DNA of 64,000 bases from Lama glama (lineage: Eukaryota). The notes below the pieces were generated by a model. It was given only the letters and a program-made list of their open reading frames with translations, made no database searches and was not told the DNA's origin. This document shows, piece by piece, positions 11,896 through 25,751 of the stretch; within the stretch, counting starts at the first letter, position 1; the number at the start of each line of letters is the position of its first letter. The position numbers were made by a program, and so were the translations under genes. The stretch covers positions 9,364,001-9,428,000 of the forward strand of contig CM052816.1 of the NCBI GenBank assembly GCA_028534125.1, in the 5' to 3' direction.

Positions 11896-13012
11896 GGTAC
11901 CCCAGCTTGCCAGCATCAGAGCTAGGGCTCAGGTACTCAGTCCATCTTTCTTTCTTCCAAAACCTACTATCACCTGACAGCTTTGTTTCCACCAATGTTC
12001 CTAGAGACTGAAAGTGGTCAGAGGCTAGGAATGGGTTAATAAGAAAAATAGCAGTGATTTAAAAAAAAAAGTTAGAGAGATCACAGGTTCTTCAGGATCT
12101 TCCTCTGGCCCAGGATCACAAATTGGCCAAAGTTGTACTAGAGAGTAACAAGAAGAAAGGCGCTTCCCCAGGCGGGCAGGCAGGAAAGCAAGCTGGCTGC
12201 AAATGCTGCTGCTGACTGCTGCTCCAACCGACACTACCTTGGCTGGAAGAAACCAGGCCGTAAGCTGCCAAGGAACTTTCAAGACCTGCGAAGAGCCGAT
12301 CCTAGCCACAGTGGTTTCTAAAAGTGTCTCCTGTTCATTATTCACTGTCAAGGTTTTCCACATGACTTTGTCAACTCTTTCTTCTCTGCCTTCTCCAGCT
12401 GCACAAAGTTTTGCTGGTTCTGGTTATTTTTAGCTCAGTATGGCCCTCGGGGATTATCAAATCCAACTCCCCTGTTTCGCAGGAGAAACGAGGCTTCGTG
12501 TTTCAAAGTGAGTTAACTAAGGTCATGCACTTCCTATCAGAACTGATCACCCTACCTGGGTCTCCAGGCTTCCAGCTCACAGATTCTATGGCACTTGTTA
12601 GCTTCCAACCACCTCTTCATGGTCTCAGCAGAACCCCCAACTGGGCTCTGCCTTGTTAAAGAGCCAGGTGTTCTCCCATTAGTGACAGAGTAGGTATTTT
12701 TTACCTTAGAAATGGGGTGGGTTCCCAAAGAAGATTTGCAAGTTGGTTTTTGAGAACTCAGGAACAATTTCCCTAGAAGGATGGCTTTGTGTTTTATAGG
12801 TTCTCAGTCTCACATGGCCCACTGGACCTGAGATACCACAGACCGTGTGAAAATTAGTAGCACATGGTCGTTATTTCCTGTCTCTACTCTTAAGGGCTGG
12901 GTGCTTCACTTGGGCACTCTTTATAAGGCCGTAGGGACCTCTGAAGGATGCTTATTATTTGACAATTTGTTTGCAGTCACTCTGGGGCCCGCTTAATCAC
13001 TTTCGTCTTTTC

Positions 13013-13695
13013 TAAGGCCAGCTTCATGGATTTGGGATCTGCGTAGTTGTCTGCACAGGGACTCACGCTCCTGTGTTTAGTTTATTGCTGTGTTGTGGCC
13101 ATCCTGAAATTCTTAATAATTTTGTCTTTGAACTTGTGTTTTACAGGTAAAGTCCAGTAGGACAATGGAGCATGCATGTGAGCAGAGGAGATACACATAT
13201 GTGTCCACTCCGTTCCTCACAGACCCATTTGCATACAGCATTCACAATGTCCCATGAGCACAGAATGCAGCTGCACCCAGGATGCATGGAGTTTCGGCGA
13301 GACTCAAAGTGAGTACCAGGCAAGTGTGTTACATGTACCACTGAGAGGCTGTGCTTCTGTTCAAGTCAGAACTTGCTTTGAAAATAGAAAGACAATGGCA
13401 TTCTAAGAAACATGAATGACCAAATATTCCCATCATATCCTTTTTTATTCATGTTACTTCTGTGTATTAGACAGCACATAGGCTGAAAATTATGACATAG
13501 GAAGAAAGTATCTTCCTTTCCTATAATTCCTATCCTTTCATTCCTTCCTTCCTTGTAAGGTGGAGGTAGGCAGTGTTGGTAGAATGTGCATTTACTGAGA
13601 AGTGGAATAAAAACAGTTGAGTTAGGGGTGTTTCTTTTGCAGCATTTCCACTACTCTAGTAAGAAGGAAATGCATATGTGTGCACTACAAAATAC
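13013..13695 (+). mobile_element. MER45B/C-like hAT-Tip100 element, 3'-truncated
   Basis: aggccagcttcatgg...ctgaaattcttaataattttgtctttgaacttgtgtt...ggacaatggagcatgcatgtgagcagaggagatac matches the MER45 family. Confidence 0.8.
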
Positions 13696-13804
13696 ATATT
13701 CAACATATGAATTTGGGGGGACACAATTCAGCCAATCACAAGAGCTTTCACACTATTTCTTTTTATAATAGCCCTAAGGAACAGCCAGTATAGATATTTT
13801 ATAA

Positions 13805-14420
13805 ATCCATTCATTCATTAATTCACCAAATACTTACTGGGGACTTACTAATTGCCGAGCGCCAGCTACTTGCTAAACATATAATGATGAAGAAGACAGG
13901 TAAGTCCCTGATCTGGTGGAAATTAGGCTCTAGTGGGATTCAGGCAACAAACAATTAAGCAAGTACAATTACAATTACAGACGGTAATAAGTATAAGTAA
14001 GACGGTGCACACAGGACTGTGACAGAAAATAAAGTGGGTGGGAATTTTGATAGGGTTGTCAGGGAGGGCCTCTCTGAGGAGGTGACAGTTAAGCAGGTTT
14101 AAACACTGGGAAGAATTCCTTAATGCAAATGAGCTCAGAAGAGGTAAGAACTCAGCAGAGGAAACAGCAAGTGTAAAGGCTCAGAGGTGGGACATAGCTG
14201 AATATATTCCAGGTGTTGACAAAGTGCCAGTGTGCTGGAGCAGAGGGCATGATGTGTGGTGCAGTGAGATGGCAGGAGTGAGGTGAGGCAGGGGTCTGCC
14301 AGCCTTAGTTCAGGAGTTTGGGATGGATTCTGAGTACAGCGAGAAGTCATGGAAGGGTTGCCGGCAGGACAGTGGCATGATCTGCTTTGCAGTGTGGAGG
14401 ATGGCTTGGTGGTGGGCAGG
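13805..14420 (-). mobile_element. L2a-like fragment with 3' tail
   Basis: tccattcattcattaattcaccaaatacttactg...gggagggcctctctgaggaggtgaca. Confidence 0.8.
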
Positions 14421-15234
14421 AGTGGGAGGTGGAGGAACTGAGTCCTGGAGGTATTCAGTGACTGCTGTTCACAGCACTTCTAAGTGGCAGGGCTGGGCAG
14501 GTACAGACACAAAGCTGGGACGTGCATTACTTTCCTATAAATGTGGAGGAGGGTGCCCTCTGCTGTTCTAAGAACTCTTTAACCCTCGTTTGAAGGCAGC
14601 TCTTCTAGGAAGTAAAGAAAGGAACCTCCTGACTCTTGAGTATGATATTCTCCAATCACATTTCCAAAACAGACATATCAACATTTGAAGTGAAGAGAAG
14701 GATCGAGTGGGGAAGTCCCCAACTAGGAGGTTCAGCTTTCTCAGCTGGAAATGGAATGAAACTGGCCCTTTTATTTGTAAGAGTAATTAATCACTTTACT
14801 GTTTTTTTTTAAATTGTACATGCTCATTACAGAAAAACTCAAGCACTACACAAACATAAAAAAGCAGAAGATTACTCTAGATCTTACCGCTCAGAAGTGA
14901 TAAGCATTAGCATTTAATGAACATTATTTTAGACATGCACATGTGTATAGATTTGCAGTTTGGATAAAAATGTCCTCAATAAAGATCCCTCTTCAGTCAA
15001 AACAAATTGTTAAAGCAATTTGAAAGACACACTCATTTTTTAAGTTACATATTACTCTTCCTTCCACCTCAGTATTTCAGATTTTGCATATAATATTTTC
15101 ACTTTGTTAAGGCTTATGATATGTATATTCTTTTATGCTTCCTTCATGTCCAACATGTGATTAGCTTTAGTTGTGAAATTAAGTAAGCTTGGTGTTTATC
15201 TTAGTCCATAGTCCTTATCTTGGTGTTTATCTTT

Positions 15235-16141
15235 CGATTCCCCCAAAACTCTGCTACTACTAGACTATTGTTGACCAGAAGCCTTACAGATAACATAAAC
15301 AGATGATTAACACATATTTTGTATATATATTATATACTTTGTATACTATATTCTTAAAGTAAGCTAGCAAAAAGAAAATTTTATTTAAAACTTGTAAGAA
15401 AGAGAAAATACACTACAGTATAGGACTGTGTTTACTGGTACTATAAGATTTCATCTGTTTACAAGAATTGTCTGTCAGTACTTACAGTAACATTGTCTTA
15501 TTGATAAAGAACACTGTGTATGTTATGTGTATGACTAACACTAGGCATCAAAAATGAAAAGATAATGTGAATAAGAAATTCATATTTATTTACAGGTATA
15601 ACAAGTCATGCATTGATCATAAAAAAGCAACAATATAATTGTTTAATGGTAACCTAGCTTATACACTAATGAATGGTTATAAAATTTTTTTGGCATACAG
15701 TATTTGAGTCTTATTTATAATACAATATTGGAAACATTGTTACTTTTAAAAAAATATAAAACTACTTACCTGGGATGATAGGCTGATTTGTAGTTTCTCT
15801 AACTACAAGAGAGGGGCAAACTGTACAGTAATGTTATTCTTTGAAAGCAAAGTTATGGAACAGTAAGAAATTATCAATAACAGTAACACATTATCAATTT
15901 TATTTTATGCCTTATGCCTATGTAAGGATAAACTAGTATCTAAATATATTTTATGTATTCATGACATATCTAACCTTTTCTTAATTTTTTTTTATATTTC
16001 TGGACTACATGGTTTGTCTGTGAGTTTTTTTTTTTCAAACTGCTGCAAATCTCAGAAATATTTTTCCAATCTATTTATTGGAAAAAATCCATGTGTAAGT
16101 GAACCCCATGGTTCAAACCTGTATTGTTCAAGGGTCAACTG
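15235..16141. mobile_element. Tigger2-family (TcMar) non-autonomous DNA transposon; left TIR missing
   Basis: Right TIR ...gttcaaacctgtattgttcaagggtcaactg; internal ccccaaaact...gttgaccagaagccttacagataacataaacag typical of Tigger2. Confidence 0.8.
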
Positions 16142-16159
16142 ATTTGTCAAATAGTTTTG

Positions 16160-17350
16160 TTTTTGTTTTAAAATGAGTTCATGGATATTACATTTCTTGA
16201 ACTCCTTCATGTAAGAAAATAATGTCTTTTATTTCCATACTTGGCAACACCCAGACTTGATCTAATATTCTTGGGTCACACTGTTTCTCTCAGAAGTTTG
16301 TGGTCATTGCTCCATTGTCTCTGGGCATTGGAGTTGAAATGGAGGAGGCTTGAAACCCACCCGACTTCTTCCCTTCATGTGGCTGACTTTGTCACCCTGA
16401 ATGTCTAAAGGATTTTTTTTTCTTTAACCTTAACCTTTAATAGTTTAACCAGAAAATATCTCCATATTGATCATTCTGTAACAAACCTTCTTGACCAAGG
16501 CTATGCCCTTCTTACCTATGAATGCCGTCCTTCCTTTCAGGAAGTACTTCCCAAGTTGTATCTTTGAATTCATTATCCTCATACTGGGAGACTTTTCCTC
16601 TCTTTCTCTTTCATCGTTACTTTAATCACATTGTTTTTTCACTCTGTGCTTTCTGTGATTAATCCCAGCCGCCTCTCCATGATGTTTTCAGCCCCACTTT
16701 TCTCTCCTTTGCTGTTTGTAGCTTATTAGGTCTGTAACAACGTTATTTTGTTTCTCAAGTTTTTTCTTAACTCTACAATCTCTTCTTTCACTTTAGTCAA
16801 TTGTTTTATGATTTTTCTTTGAGATCTTGTGTTTTGAATACATATCTTTATGAGTTGTTCTCTATAATGAACCTTTAAAGGGGATGAACATTCCTCCTTT
16901 GGGATTTATTTTCTTTTTGAGGGTAAAATATGTGTATATATATAAATAATTTGTTTGTTTTGTCTCTGTCTTACCTGACATTTTTGTTGCAATAGGTTTG
17001 CATAATTTCTCTACTACCTCTTTTAATTTTGTTCACATCTAACAAGGAGCAGCTTTGTTTATAGTTTCTCTGATATATGTAGTTAGATGTTATACTCCTG
17101 AGCACCCTTGCACTTTACCTGGGACCAGTTTGTCTTCCTTCCTTCACAGTATGGTTTAAGAACTGGATGCAGCTTTCTGTTCATTTTTTCAACTAGAGAA
17201 CATCATTTGAACCCCCAGTATTGTATTGTCTAACTGTTTTGGGGAGATGGGTGTGCTCTGAGGAGCTGCCCTCAGTCATGTCAGAATCTCCGTCTTTTCA
17301 CAGCTGCCAAACCTAAGTGTTTGTGGTCCAAGTACTTCTCCTTTCCTCTC
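16160..17350 (-). mobile_element. Ancient L1M fragments (ORF1/5' region)
   Basis: T-rich strand; aatattcttgggtcacactgtttctctcagaagtttgtggtcattgctccattgtct resembles antisense old L1 ORF1. Confidence 0.55.
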
Positions 17351-18337
17351 TGGTTGCTGCTGTTGAATTAAATGCCTTTAAAAGATAACCATTTTATCAA
17401 ATGTGGGAAGAAGTTTCCATGATCCTGTTTAACTCTGCTCTCTTTACATGGAAGTTGGGTGTTGAAGCAATAGCCAGGTACCATTTTGGAAGGACTGAAT
17501 TATGAAATGGGGACAGACTACATGAATTTTAAAGTCCTGTTAGTTCCACATTCTATGACATGACTAATATAACAGCAGAGGTCGCCCAACCATTAAAAAT
17601 TGTCACCAAGTTCAAAAACAACTTAGTAATATAAGGCGTTGCAGTTTTTAGACCCCGAGAGGGTAGGACACAACTTGAAGTAGTTCCATAATACAGTGAG
17701 TAGTTGCTATTGTCTGAATTATAGTGGCGTTCATTTAGCCTTTTGCAAAAAGTGTGAAAAGGAAAAACTGTGAGGAGCAAGTAAGATGTATCCCATGTTT
17801 CTGTCTCTGGGCATCTATTCCATCCCCATTTATGAGCTCACTTCTGCCAGTCTCCCCTATTCGTCTGTGTTTGCAAACTATTAAAACCACACCTCGATCC
17901 CCAGTCAAATGAGCTGTTTTCCAGCTAGTGTACAGAGAGGTGAAATGACTTGGTCAGAGTTAGAGTCATCCAGTTTGTAAATGGTGACAACCTGAATGGA
18001 GCCCCAAACCTCCAGAGCTCGGGGGCCTTCTGAAGATCTTTCCAGCAGAGCAAGATCTGAAGATCTTTCCAGGATTGCAGCCTCAAGACAGCCAATGCCA
18101 GCAAGAAAATAAATCGAAGTCCCCCTTCAGCCCTAGTTGTCAGCAGCTCCCTATGGCATTCTGCATCATTACTTCCAACTGAGTCTTCTGTGGCCCAAGG
18201 ATAAGCCCCTTTACAACAAAGATGATGGAAGCCTGCCTTTGCTGGCAGCAGTGTTCCATTTGTTTCTTAGACTGGGTCTTGCTGCTGAAAGTACCGTTTG
18301 CCAGCATGACCTTTCAGCCTGTTGCTCACCAAACTCC

Positions 18338-18837
18338 NNNNNNNNNNNNNNNNNNNNNNNNNNNNNNNNNNNNNNNNNNNNNNNNNNNNNNNNNNNNNNN
18401 NNNNNNNNNNNNNNNNNNNNNNNNNNNNNNNNNNNNNNNNNNNNNNNNNNNNNNNNNNNNNNNNNNNNNNNNNNNNNNNNNNNNNNNNNNNNNNNNNNNN
18501 NNNNNNNNNNNNNNNNNNNNNNNNNNNNNNNNNNNNNNNNNNNNNNNNNNNNNNNNNNNNNNNNNNNNNNNNNNNNNNNNNNNNNNNNNNNNNNNNNNNN
18601 NNNNNNNNNNNNNNNNNNNNNNNNNNNNNNNNNNNNNNNNNNNNNNNNNNNNNNNNNNNNNNNNNNNNNNNNNNNNNNNNNNNNNNNNNNNNNNNNNNNN
18701 NNNNNNNNNNNNNNNNNNNNNNNNNNNNNNNNNNNNNNNNNNNNNNNNNNNNNNNNNNNNNNNNNNNNNNNNNNNNNNNNNNNNNNNNNNNNNNNNNNNN
18801 NNNNNNNNNNNNNNNNNNNNNNNNNNNNNNNNNNNNN
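18338..18837. other. Assembly gap (500 N)
   Basis: Run of N. Confidence 1.
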
Positions 18838-19199
18838 GGAGTCAGGCAAAATTAGTTGGATATTAAGCAGAAGGGGCTCCCTTAAACACTAGAGAAACAC
18901 TGGAGGACCTTTCTGTTTGCTTGTCCACAGCTTTACATCTCCTGAAATAAACTCAAATGGAGATGGTAGGGCTCACTTTTATTGAGAAGTTCAAAGAAGA
19001 AAATGTATATTATCTTATGATCAGTCTCTGGCTGGAGCACACCTAAAGGAAAAGCAGAGTAGAGTTCATTGCTAAGCAAACATACAGTTTAGTCCTAGAG
19101 GGGACCTGCAAGATGTTTACATTGTAAAGAACAAGATCATTAAAACTAGGAGAATAGCTGCAGAGAATGGAGCCATGTAAGCAGCACAAGGAGCAGCCT

Positions 19200-20760
19200 G
19201 TTTAATTACATTATGGTTCTGAAAGGTGATGGGAAAATCCTATGTCTTAAATAGGAGTGAATTTGAGGTTACAAACACAAGAGTTACAGTCTATGGAATA
19301 AAATGCAGATCTCAGTAAAGATGTGGCTGGGTGTGACAACGTGTCCTATGTTTAAAGTTACTCCCTCTAAGAAAGATTGAAAAGACTGATGAATAATAAG
19401 TGATACTGGGAATAACTGGAGAACAATTTGGGAAAAAATTTGTCTTAGTACCATACCTTATACCATGATATACTGGAAAATTGTTTTAAAATCACCTAGA
19501 ATCTATTCCTCCTTCCTATAATAACACATTTTAACTTTGGGAGAATAACCTCTCCTGTCGTGTGTGCAGTATGTGTGGGACTATAAATCAAGGCTCTTTG
19601 CCTTTTTTCTGGTCGAGGGGTGGCTGTCACCCAAGTCAGGACAGTTGGAGTCTGTCTCAAGAAAGTGTGAATGGAGCAAAGAGGGAAAATAAATTGCGTA
19701 TCTACTATATGCCAGGCAGAGGTCCCTGCCCCCATGGAGCTTACATTCCAGTGGATGAGGAAGAGGGCAGAGGACAGTATGTGCTCCTTCCTCTTACTGC
19801 CATGTTACTTTTATGTCTGAGGAATGGTTTCTCCTGCCACAATCCCCAGGGCTGCCTGGTTATTTCCTCTCCAGGACAAACTCATCAGCTTTTACTTCAA
19901 TTCTGTAAACGCTCCCCAATCTTCCCAATAAATTCCCTTTTGGCTTAAATTATTCTGAATTAATCCTTTGCCTGTGAATAAAAATGCTAAATAAATTCCG
20001 TATGGCTTAAAGAAGTGATATTCAAGCTTCCAGGTGCAGAAAAGTCACCTAGAGGGTGGTTAAAAAAACACACACTTCTATGATCCTTCTAGAGCAATTT
20101 TGATTAATTATGCTTGTCACGGGTATTGGAGTCAGGCATTAAAACAAACAAGCAAAACAGGTAATCTGATGCAGGTAATTCTCAAACCCCTCTTTGAGAA
20201 CCATTAGATTTGAGTCAGTTAATGTTTTTAAAGATAGGAAGACAAGCATAAAATAAAATATTTATGAGACCCATACAGAAATGACAACTTTCTTTCTATG
20301 GCTATGAAGTAGCAGAAGCAACCACAAAGGAAAACATATGGATAGAATTATGTGAGTAAACATTAAAATATCTATAAGTAGAAAATTAAAGAATAAGAAG
20401 CAAGGCAGAAAATGTTTTTTTATCAAATAGGACAGACAACAACCTAATATCTATAATAATCTGTGATGATCTTTCAAAATTTTAATAATAATAGATAAAA
20501 GGAATGTTTTTTTACATGAAGGAAAGCAAATAGTAAAGGAACACATAAGAGAATGTTAACTTTCTAAAATAATCTAGAAAATGAAGCTAAAGCAACATTA
20601 AGTCATCATTTTACATCTACTAAATTAATGGTGACTGAAGATTCAAAGAAATGCCAGTAATGCGCTGGCTAGGGTAGGCTGCAGCTGTCATTCTCATGCT
20701 CTGCAGGTGGCACTTTAATTGGGATTGAGGAAGGTCTTGAAAAGCTATACTCTCAGAAAT
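19200..20760 (+). mobile_element. Ancient L1M ORF2/3' fragments interrupted by an old LTR (~19490-19990) and a MER5A-like MITE (~20020-20205)
   Basis: A-rich strand with taataagtgatactgggaataactgg...ccataccttataccat and catcattttacatctactaaatt; LTR-like cccaataaattcccttttggcttaaatta. Confidence 0.5.
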
Positions 20761-20951
20761 GACCAAGCTGTTCTTCACTATTCATGAGGTCCATGGAACC
20801 TAGAAAACAAGACTTCTGCTTTTAGAATTTATTACTATAAAGGAACAAGTCCCAGCTCCTCCCAAATTCCGGGAGCTCCTTCAGTCCTTCTGACCTAAGT
20901 CCAGTTGTCCTTTATAGATGTAAGGTCCCACGTCCCAATACTTCCCTATGC

Positions 20952-21099
20952 TAGGGCTGCTAGATTTAGCAAAAAAAAAAAAATAATAAAATATAGAATC
21001 ATTTAAATTTTGTGTGGGATTATATATATCAAAAAAAGTTCATTGTTTATCTGAAATTCAAATTTAACTGGGCACCCTGTCTTTTATCTGACAGCCTTA
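20952..21099. mobile_element. MER53 hAT MITE with internal deletion and 8-bp TSD
   Basis: tagggctgctagatttagcaaa...gtttatctgaaattcaaatttaactgggcaccctgtcttttatctgacagcctta; flanks ccctatgc (20944-20951) / ccctaagc (21100-21107). Confidence 0.85.
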
Positions 21100-22689
21100 C
21101 CCTAAGCATTTATATACCAGCCTTTCTCTTCTAGGAAGCTTGAAAGAGGACCCCCCCCCAATGAACAGTCCATGAAAACCTCCAGCTCCAGGCATTAGTG
21201 TTACCTTAGATCCTTGATTTCTTAGAACCATAGAACAAGGGCATGACATTTTAAATCTACTAGCCTTTAAATCTACTAACTCAACCAGGGACCTTGAATT
21301 CAGAAGCTAGGGTCACTTTAAACTGGGTTTCTTGACCTTTGGTCCTCAGGTTGGATCCTATAGCCAACAGTGACTCTAGGAGTTGGCGGGTTCCTGATTA
21401 GCCAAATATCAGCCCAGAGGAAGATGCAGTCAGCTTCTCCAAACTTTAGTTTCCTTGTGTATAAGGAATGAAAATAGTACTACCTCCCCTGCGTAAAAAT
21501 AAGAATGTATATTTTCATTGTTTTGTGTCTGTAGAAATTGAAAAATCAGATAGATAAACAGGGAAAAAAAATCAAAGTGGTTGCCTAGGAGGGATGAGAG
21601 TGGGAATGGGGTAGACGGAGACAGAGAGAGGGGTACTTCTCAGGTATAGCTTTGGGCACCATTTCAGTCAGGAGCCACGTGTGTGAATTATGCACTTAAA
21701 TAACCTCCCTTACAGTGCTGTTGTAAGGATAAAATGTGGACATGCAGGTACATCACCTGCCACACTCAGGGATGTTTGTAAAATGGCGCTGGCATTGTTT
21801 CCACTGCAGCACCTTGAACCTTCCTTGGGCACCTGATGGCCCATACACTAAGAAATGACAAGAGTCATCAACTGTGTTCTCAGGGAGCTGGTCTAATATT
21901 TATTGACCCTGAAGCTTATGGTGCTCTTGCTCCCATGACTTCTGCATTCTTTCCTTCCTGTTTTCCTCCACCCACGTCAAGCCCAATTTGGGGCTTCGTG
22001 ATTTCATTCTGGCTCACTACTGCCCACCCATTTTCCTTCCACTAGTTAAATGCTACCTCTTCTTGGACAGTGGGGCCAGTGACTTGTTATGTCTCAGATC
22101 AAGAAACTCTAAGAATAGCAGGTGTCAAGAACCACGCCAAGGAAAAGAGTTGGCTCTGAGTGGATGTGGTGATGCGGGAAAGCAATGAAGTGAGGAGATG
22201 TAGGAGGCATTTGATTAATACCAGTAATTTAGAGATTCATTTGCCATTATTGGCTTCCAGAAATCTTTCAGGCTGACTTCATCCAGTTTCTGGGAGTGTC
22301 TCTCTGGGTCAGGATTTATGTGTGATGAGATTCACTTTCCAGCAATGAAGACAAGAAAGGAAGAACCGTAGAAAAACATGTATTCCAGATTTATGAGAGA
22401 TGGCTGGGAAAGGAAAGAGATAACCAGAGAAAGGGACAGAGGGGCTTTAGGGCAGTACATGAGGAAATTTCTTGTTGTAAGTAGCACAACCTCAGCATTC
22501 AAAATGGAGAGGCATGTCTTCACTGTGCCCTTGCCATTTGCCCAAAGCCTTTCTGGACCTGTAAAATGAGGAGACCAGAAGGCCCTGCACATCCTTTGCC
22601 AATCGTGGGAGTTCAAATTAGTCTAGTTTATTGGCTGTAAATTTCTCTTAATGAGAGTTACTCCTAGGAGTTAAATGAAATCATGAGCC

Positions 22690-23030
22690 AGTGATTGGGA
22701 CTCTAGATTCAGAAAGCTGGGGTTATAATCCCAGCTCTGCCACTTGCTGTCTGTGTGACCTGAGGGCAAGGTATTCAACCAGTTTTGTATTCTAATTTCT
22801 TTATCTAAGAAATAGGAATAAAGAGAATTGGGCACAAACATTTGTTGTAAGGACAAATAAGATAATCCTTGTAACACACATAGAGCAGTACTTGGTGCAT
22901 AATAAATGTTCAGTAAATGTTTCATGGAGTAGTGATGATAATGTTAGTAGTAAAGGGTAATGCATATGAAGACTAGTATGAGGTCTGATATATAGTAAGC
23001 CTTCAGTATGTGCTAACTGTTATTACTCTG
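22690..23030 (+). mobile_element. MIR SINE(s)
   Basis: aatcccagctctgccacttgctgtctgtgtgacctgagggcaag core; tail region duplicated. Confidence 0.85.
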
Positions 23031-25751
23031 GTTCTCCTGCCTTCAGGACCTGCTCACAGCTGTGTCTCCCCCCAATCCCTGCTCCAGTTCCCTGTATAGG
23101 CTGTATACAGCGAGTATAGGCTGAGAGTAGGCTGGTGCCCTGTGGTAAGGGGAGTGATGTGAATGAGCAGTTCTTGTCAATCCTGGCTAAGATTTTCAAG
23201 TCCTCAGAGCTCTGCTTGTGCCTGGTTTCCTGAACTTATTAGTGTCCCTGCCACATCTGGAGCCTGGCAGTGAATTCCAGGTTTTCCAAGTAACCTGATT
23301 CCACTTTCATTTGGGTTGTTTTATCCTACTGAAGTCCTGTCTCAAACCCACCTGGAGCTGTGATGCTACCATTCACGTGATGCAGAATATTCCCTGGGCA
23401 TAGACTCTTGCTGCAATGCTGACCTCTCTGGATGGTGGTTACCTGAGCCTGCTGAGGCTGGGCTGAGTTAGGTACGAGCCTGCTGCCTACCTGTGGGGGA
23501 CAAGCTCTTTCCCAAGCCTAGGACATTCCTCTCTGTTGGCTGTTTTCATTTTATGTTTCCTGTCTTCCTGTTTCTAGTTCAAATTGTTCATGGTGTTCTC
23601 AATTATGAGCTTCTATTATCCCTTGTTGAACTCCAGAAGCATATTTTAATTTCGAAAATAAGTATCTGTCTTGTAGAAAAGGAGCATATGTCAAAAATAC
23701 ACCAGGAAAGGTCTTAGGCCAGAATTTCCTTTGAAGCTCAATAATGTAGAGGTATCTACAGACATAGACTTAACTTTTTCATTCACTCCATTTTTCTTTT
23801 AAAAACATTCTTGATAAGTATGTGCTGGCATCTAGCACAATCTTGGTGCTTCTATCACTTTTTTTTTCTTTTTTTTACCTTTCTTGGAAAAAAATACAGC
23901 AAGTTCAACTATCATAATGGAAAACCTTAGGATGTGGCATTTTTGAAACATGTTGAAAACTAGTGCAAGTTATATTCATGATACCGGTGTGTTATGCTTT
24001 AACAAGAAGTGTTGCTCACTAATTTCATTCTCCAAATGACATTGTAGGTTTCATTGAATTTGATCCATTAAATTAGGATCTGACCTTGAAACCACTGAAA
24101 GTTTTGACTGTTGAATGAGGAATCTAACAAAATCAGTCAAAAATTGATTTTGAACTCTTAAATCACTCTATCTTTGGTTTGTGCATGAATGCATTTTTTA
24201 ATTGCTCAAAGCTTTCATTGTTAGATATGGAAAAACTGGTTAAAATGAAAACTGAGTTATTTGGACTGGAGCTGTTATCCCTGTTTAGGTATATATTTGA
24301 ATATTGTCAGTGTAAAAACTGAAGCATGCATGTTGCACAGTACCTTGAGTGATTCAGATTAACACCTCTCTTCTCTGCTCTCAATGAACATTCAGTCTGG
24401 TGAGGGGAGAAGCTAGAAATGAGACAGTTACATTAATTCATACAATTTGCATTACCTACTTTGCTTTTCAATATGTAATGGAGATACAGAAATGAACAAG
24501 ATAAAATATCTATATTTACAGAGCTTAAATCCTTACTTAATAGGATCTTACTGAATAGAATTTTGAATGAAAGAATTCAGAGAAAGAGAATTTTTTTTTC
24601 CACCTGGGAATTGGTGTTTGAGAAGGATTTTAACGTATGGTGTGGAAAGGTTCAAGACTTAAGGAAGAATGAACAAAGGTACAATGGTGTAGATAAGCAA
24701 GATATGCCCAGAAACTGTGGCTACAGTAAAAATGTTACTGCAGTAAGAGGTGGAAGTGTGGACAGATTACGATGGAAGCACACTTCTGATTTTCCTTTCT
24801 ATGATGCTAAATCAAACATTTTAAACAAATCACTGAACACTGGCAACACCTACATAAAAGTTTTTAAGGAATTCAAGGATCAAGTTTTGGAAACATTGGC
24901 TGAAACATCAGATTCACTGAAAATTTTGCAGGTAGAGAGGAAAGTGGAAATGTTAATAAAAAGAAAGAAACTGGCTGGCTGGTTTTCCATTTGATGGGAT
25001 TAACTCACCCTGGGTTAAAATGACCTTGGCAAACACAAAGGTACTGATTAAATAAATCCCCACTCCAAACTGGCATGACCAAAATTTTTACCTAGCCATG
25101 TGCAGTGGGAGTTCCACCAGTCAGGAAAAGTAATGTGTCATCGACATGGGGCATTGCTTCGTGATGAAAGAGTAACTTCAGACAGAAGGTAACTGGGTCA
25201 GTATAGAATTAAAATGAAAGAGAGCCAAAATTTTTGAGCACCAAGGTTGAACATTTTGATGAATTGTCATCTCTCTGGGAAAAATTCTACCTCACTCTTT
25301 GATGAATCCAAACCTCTCCAGGGGGCAATGCTAGAGTCACACAGGCCATTCATAATCAGAATTTCTCATTTTCCTAGACCCATTTTCTACATGTCAGGGA
25401 TTATATTGCTTGAGTTATATTTTAATCTCCCCCATTATATGAGAGGCACTCTAGTCTAATCAGCAACACATTCTTAGAGCTTATTACTTCTGCAGACGGT
25501 ATTCTCAATCTGCTTCACATGGCTTCTCTTGGAGGGTGACTCATTAAAAAAGAAAATTTCATTTCTGATTTTCTTAGTGTAAAAATCATACCCATTTGAT
25601 AATAAACATAAACAAAAAGAAAAAAATGGAAATCTATAATTCCATACATGAAAAAGAAACCATATTGCATATACTATTTGATAACTTGCTTTTGCTACAA
25701 CAATTTAAAAAGATCTTTCTATGTAATTAAACATCCAGGTATGAGATTTTT

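Noticed and set aside
12072..12215. Open frame ending KKK...AGCKCCC-stop, resembling a lipidation tail
   Set aside because: No ATG and no polypyrimidine acceptor; the Cys run comes from a (TGC)n repeat; no recognisable protein
18137..18892. Long ORFs of 177-251 aa
   Set aside because: Artefacts of the 500-N gap
21250..21278. 13-bp direct repeat tttaaatctacta
   Set aside because: Short AT-rich slippage duplication; unremarkable
24563..24994. 143-aa ORF
   Set aside because: Non-ATG start in purine-rich, L2-like decayed sequence; no recognisable domain
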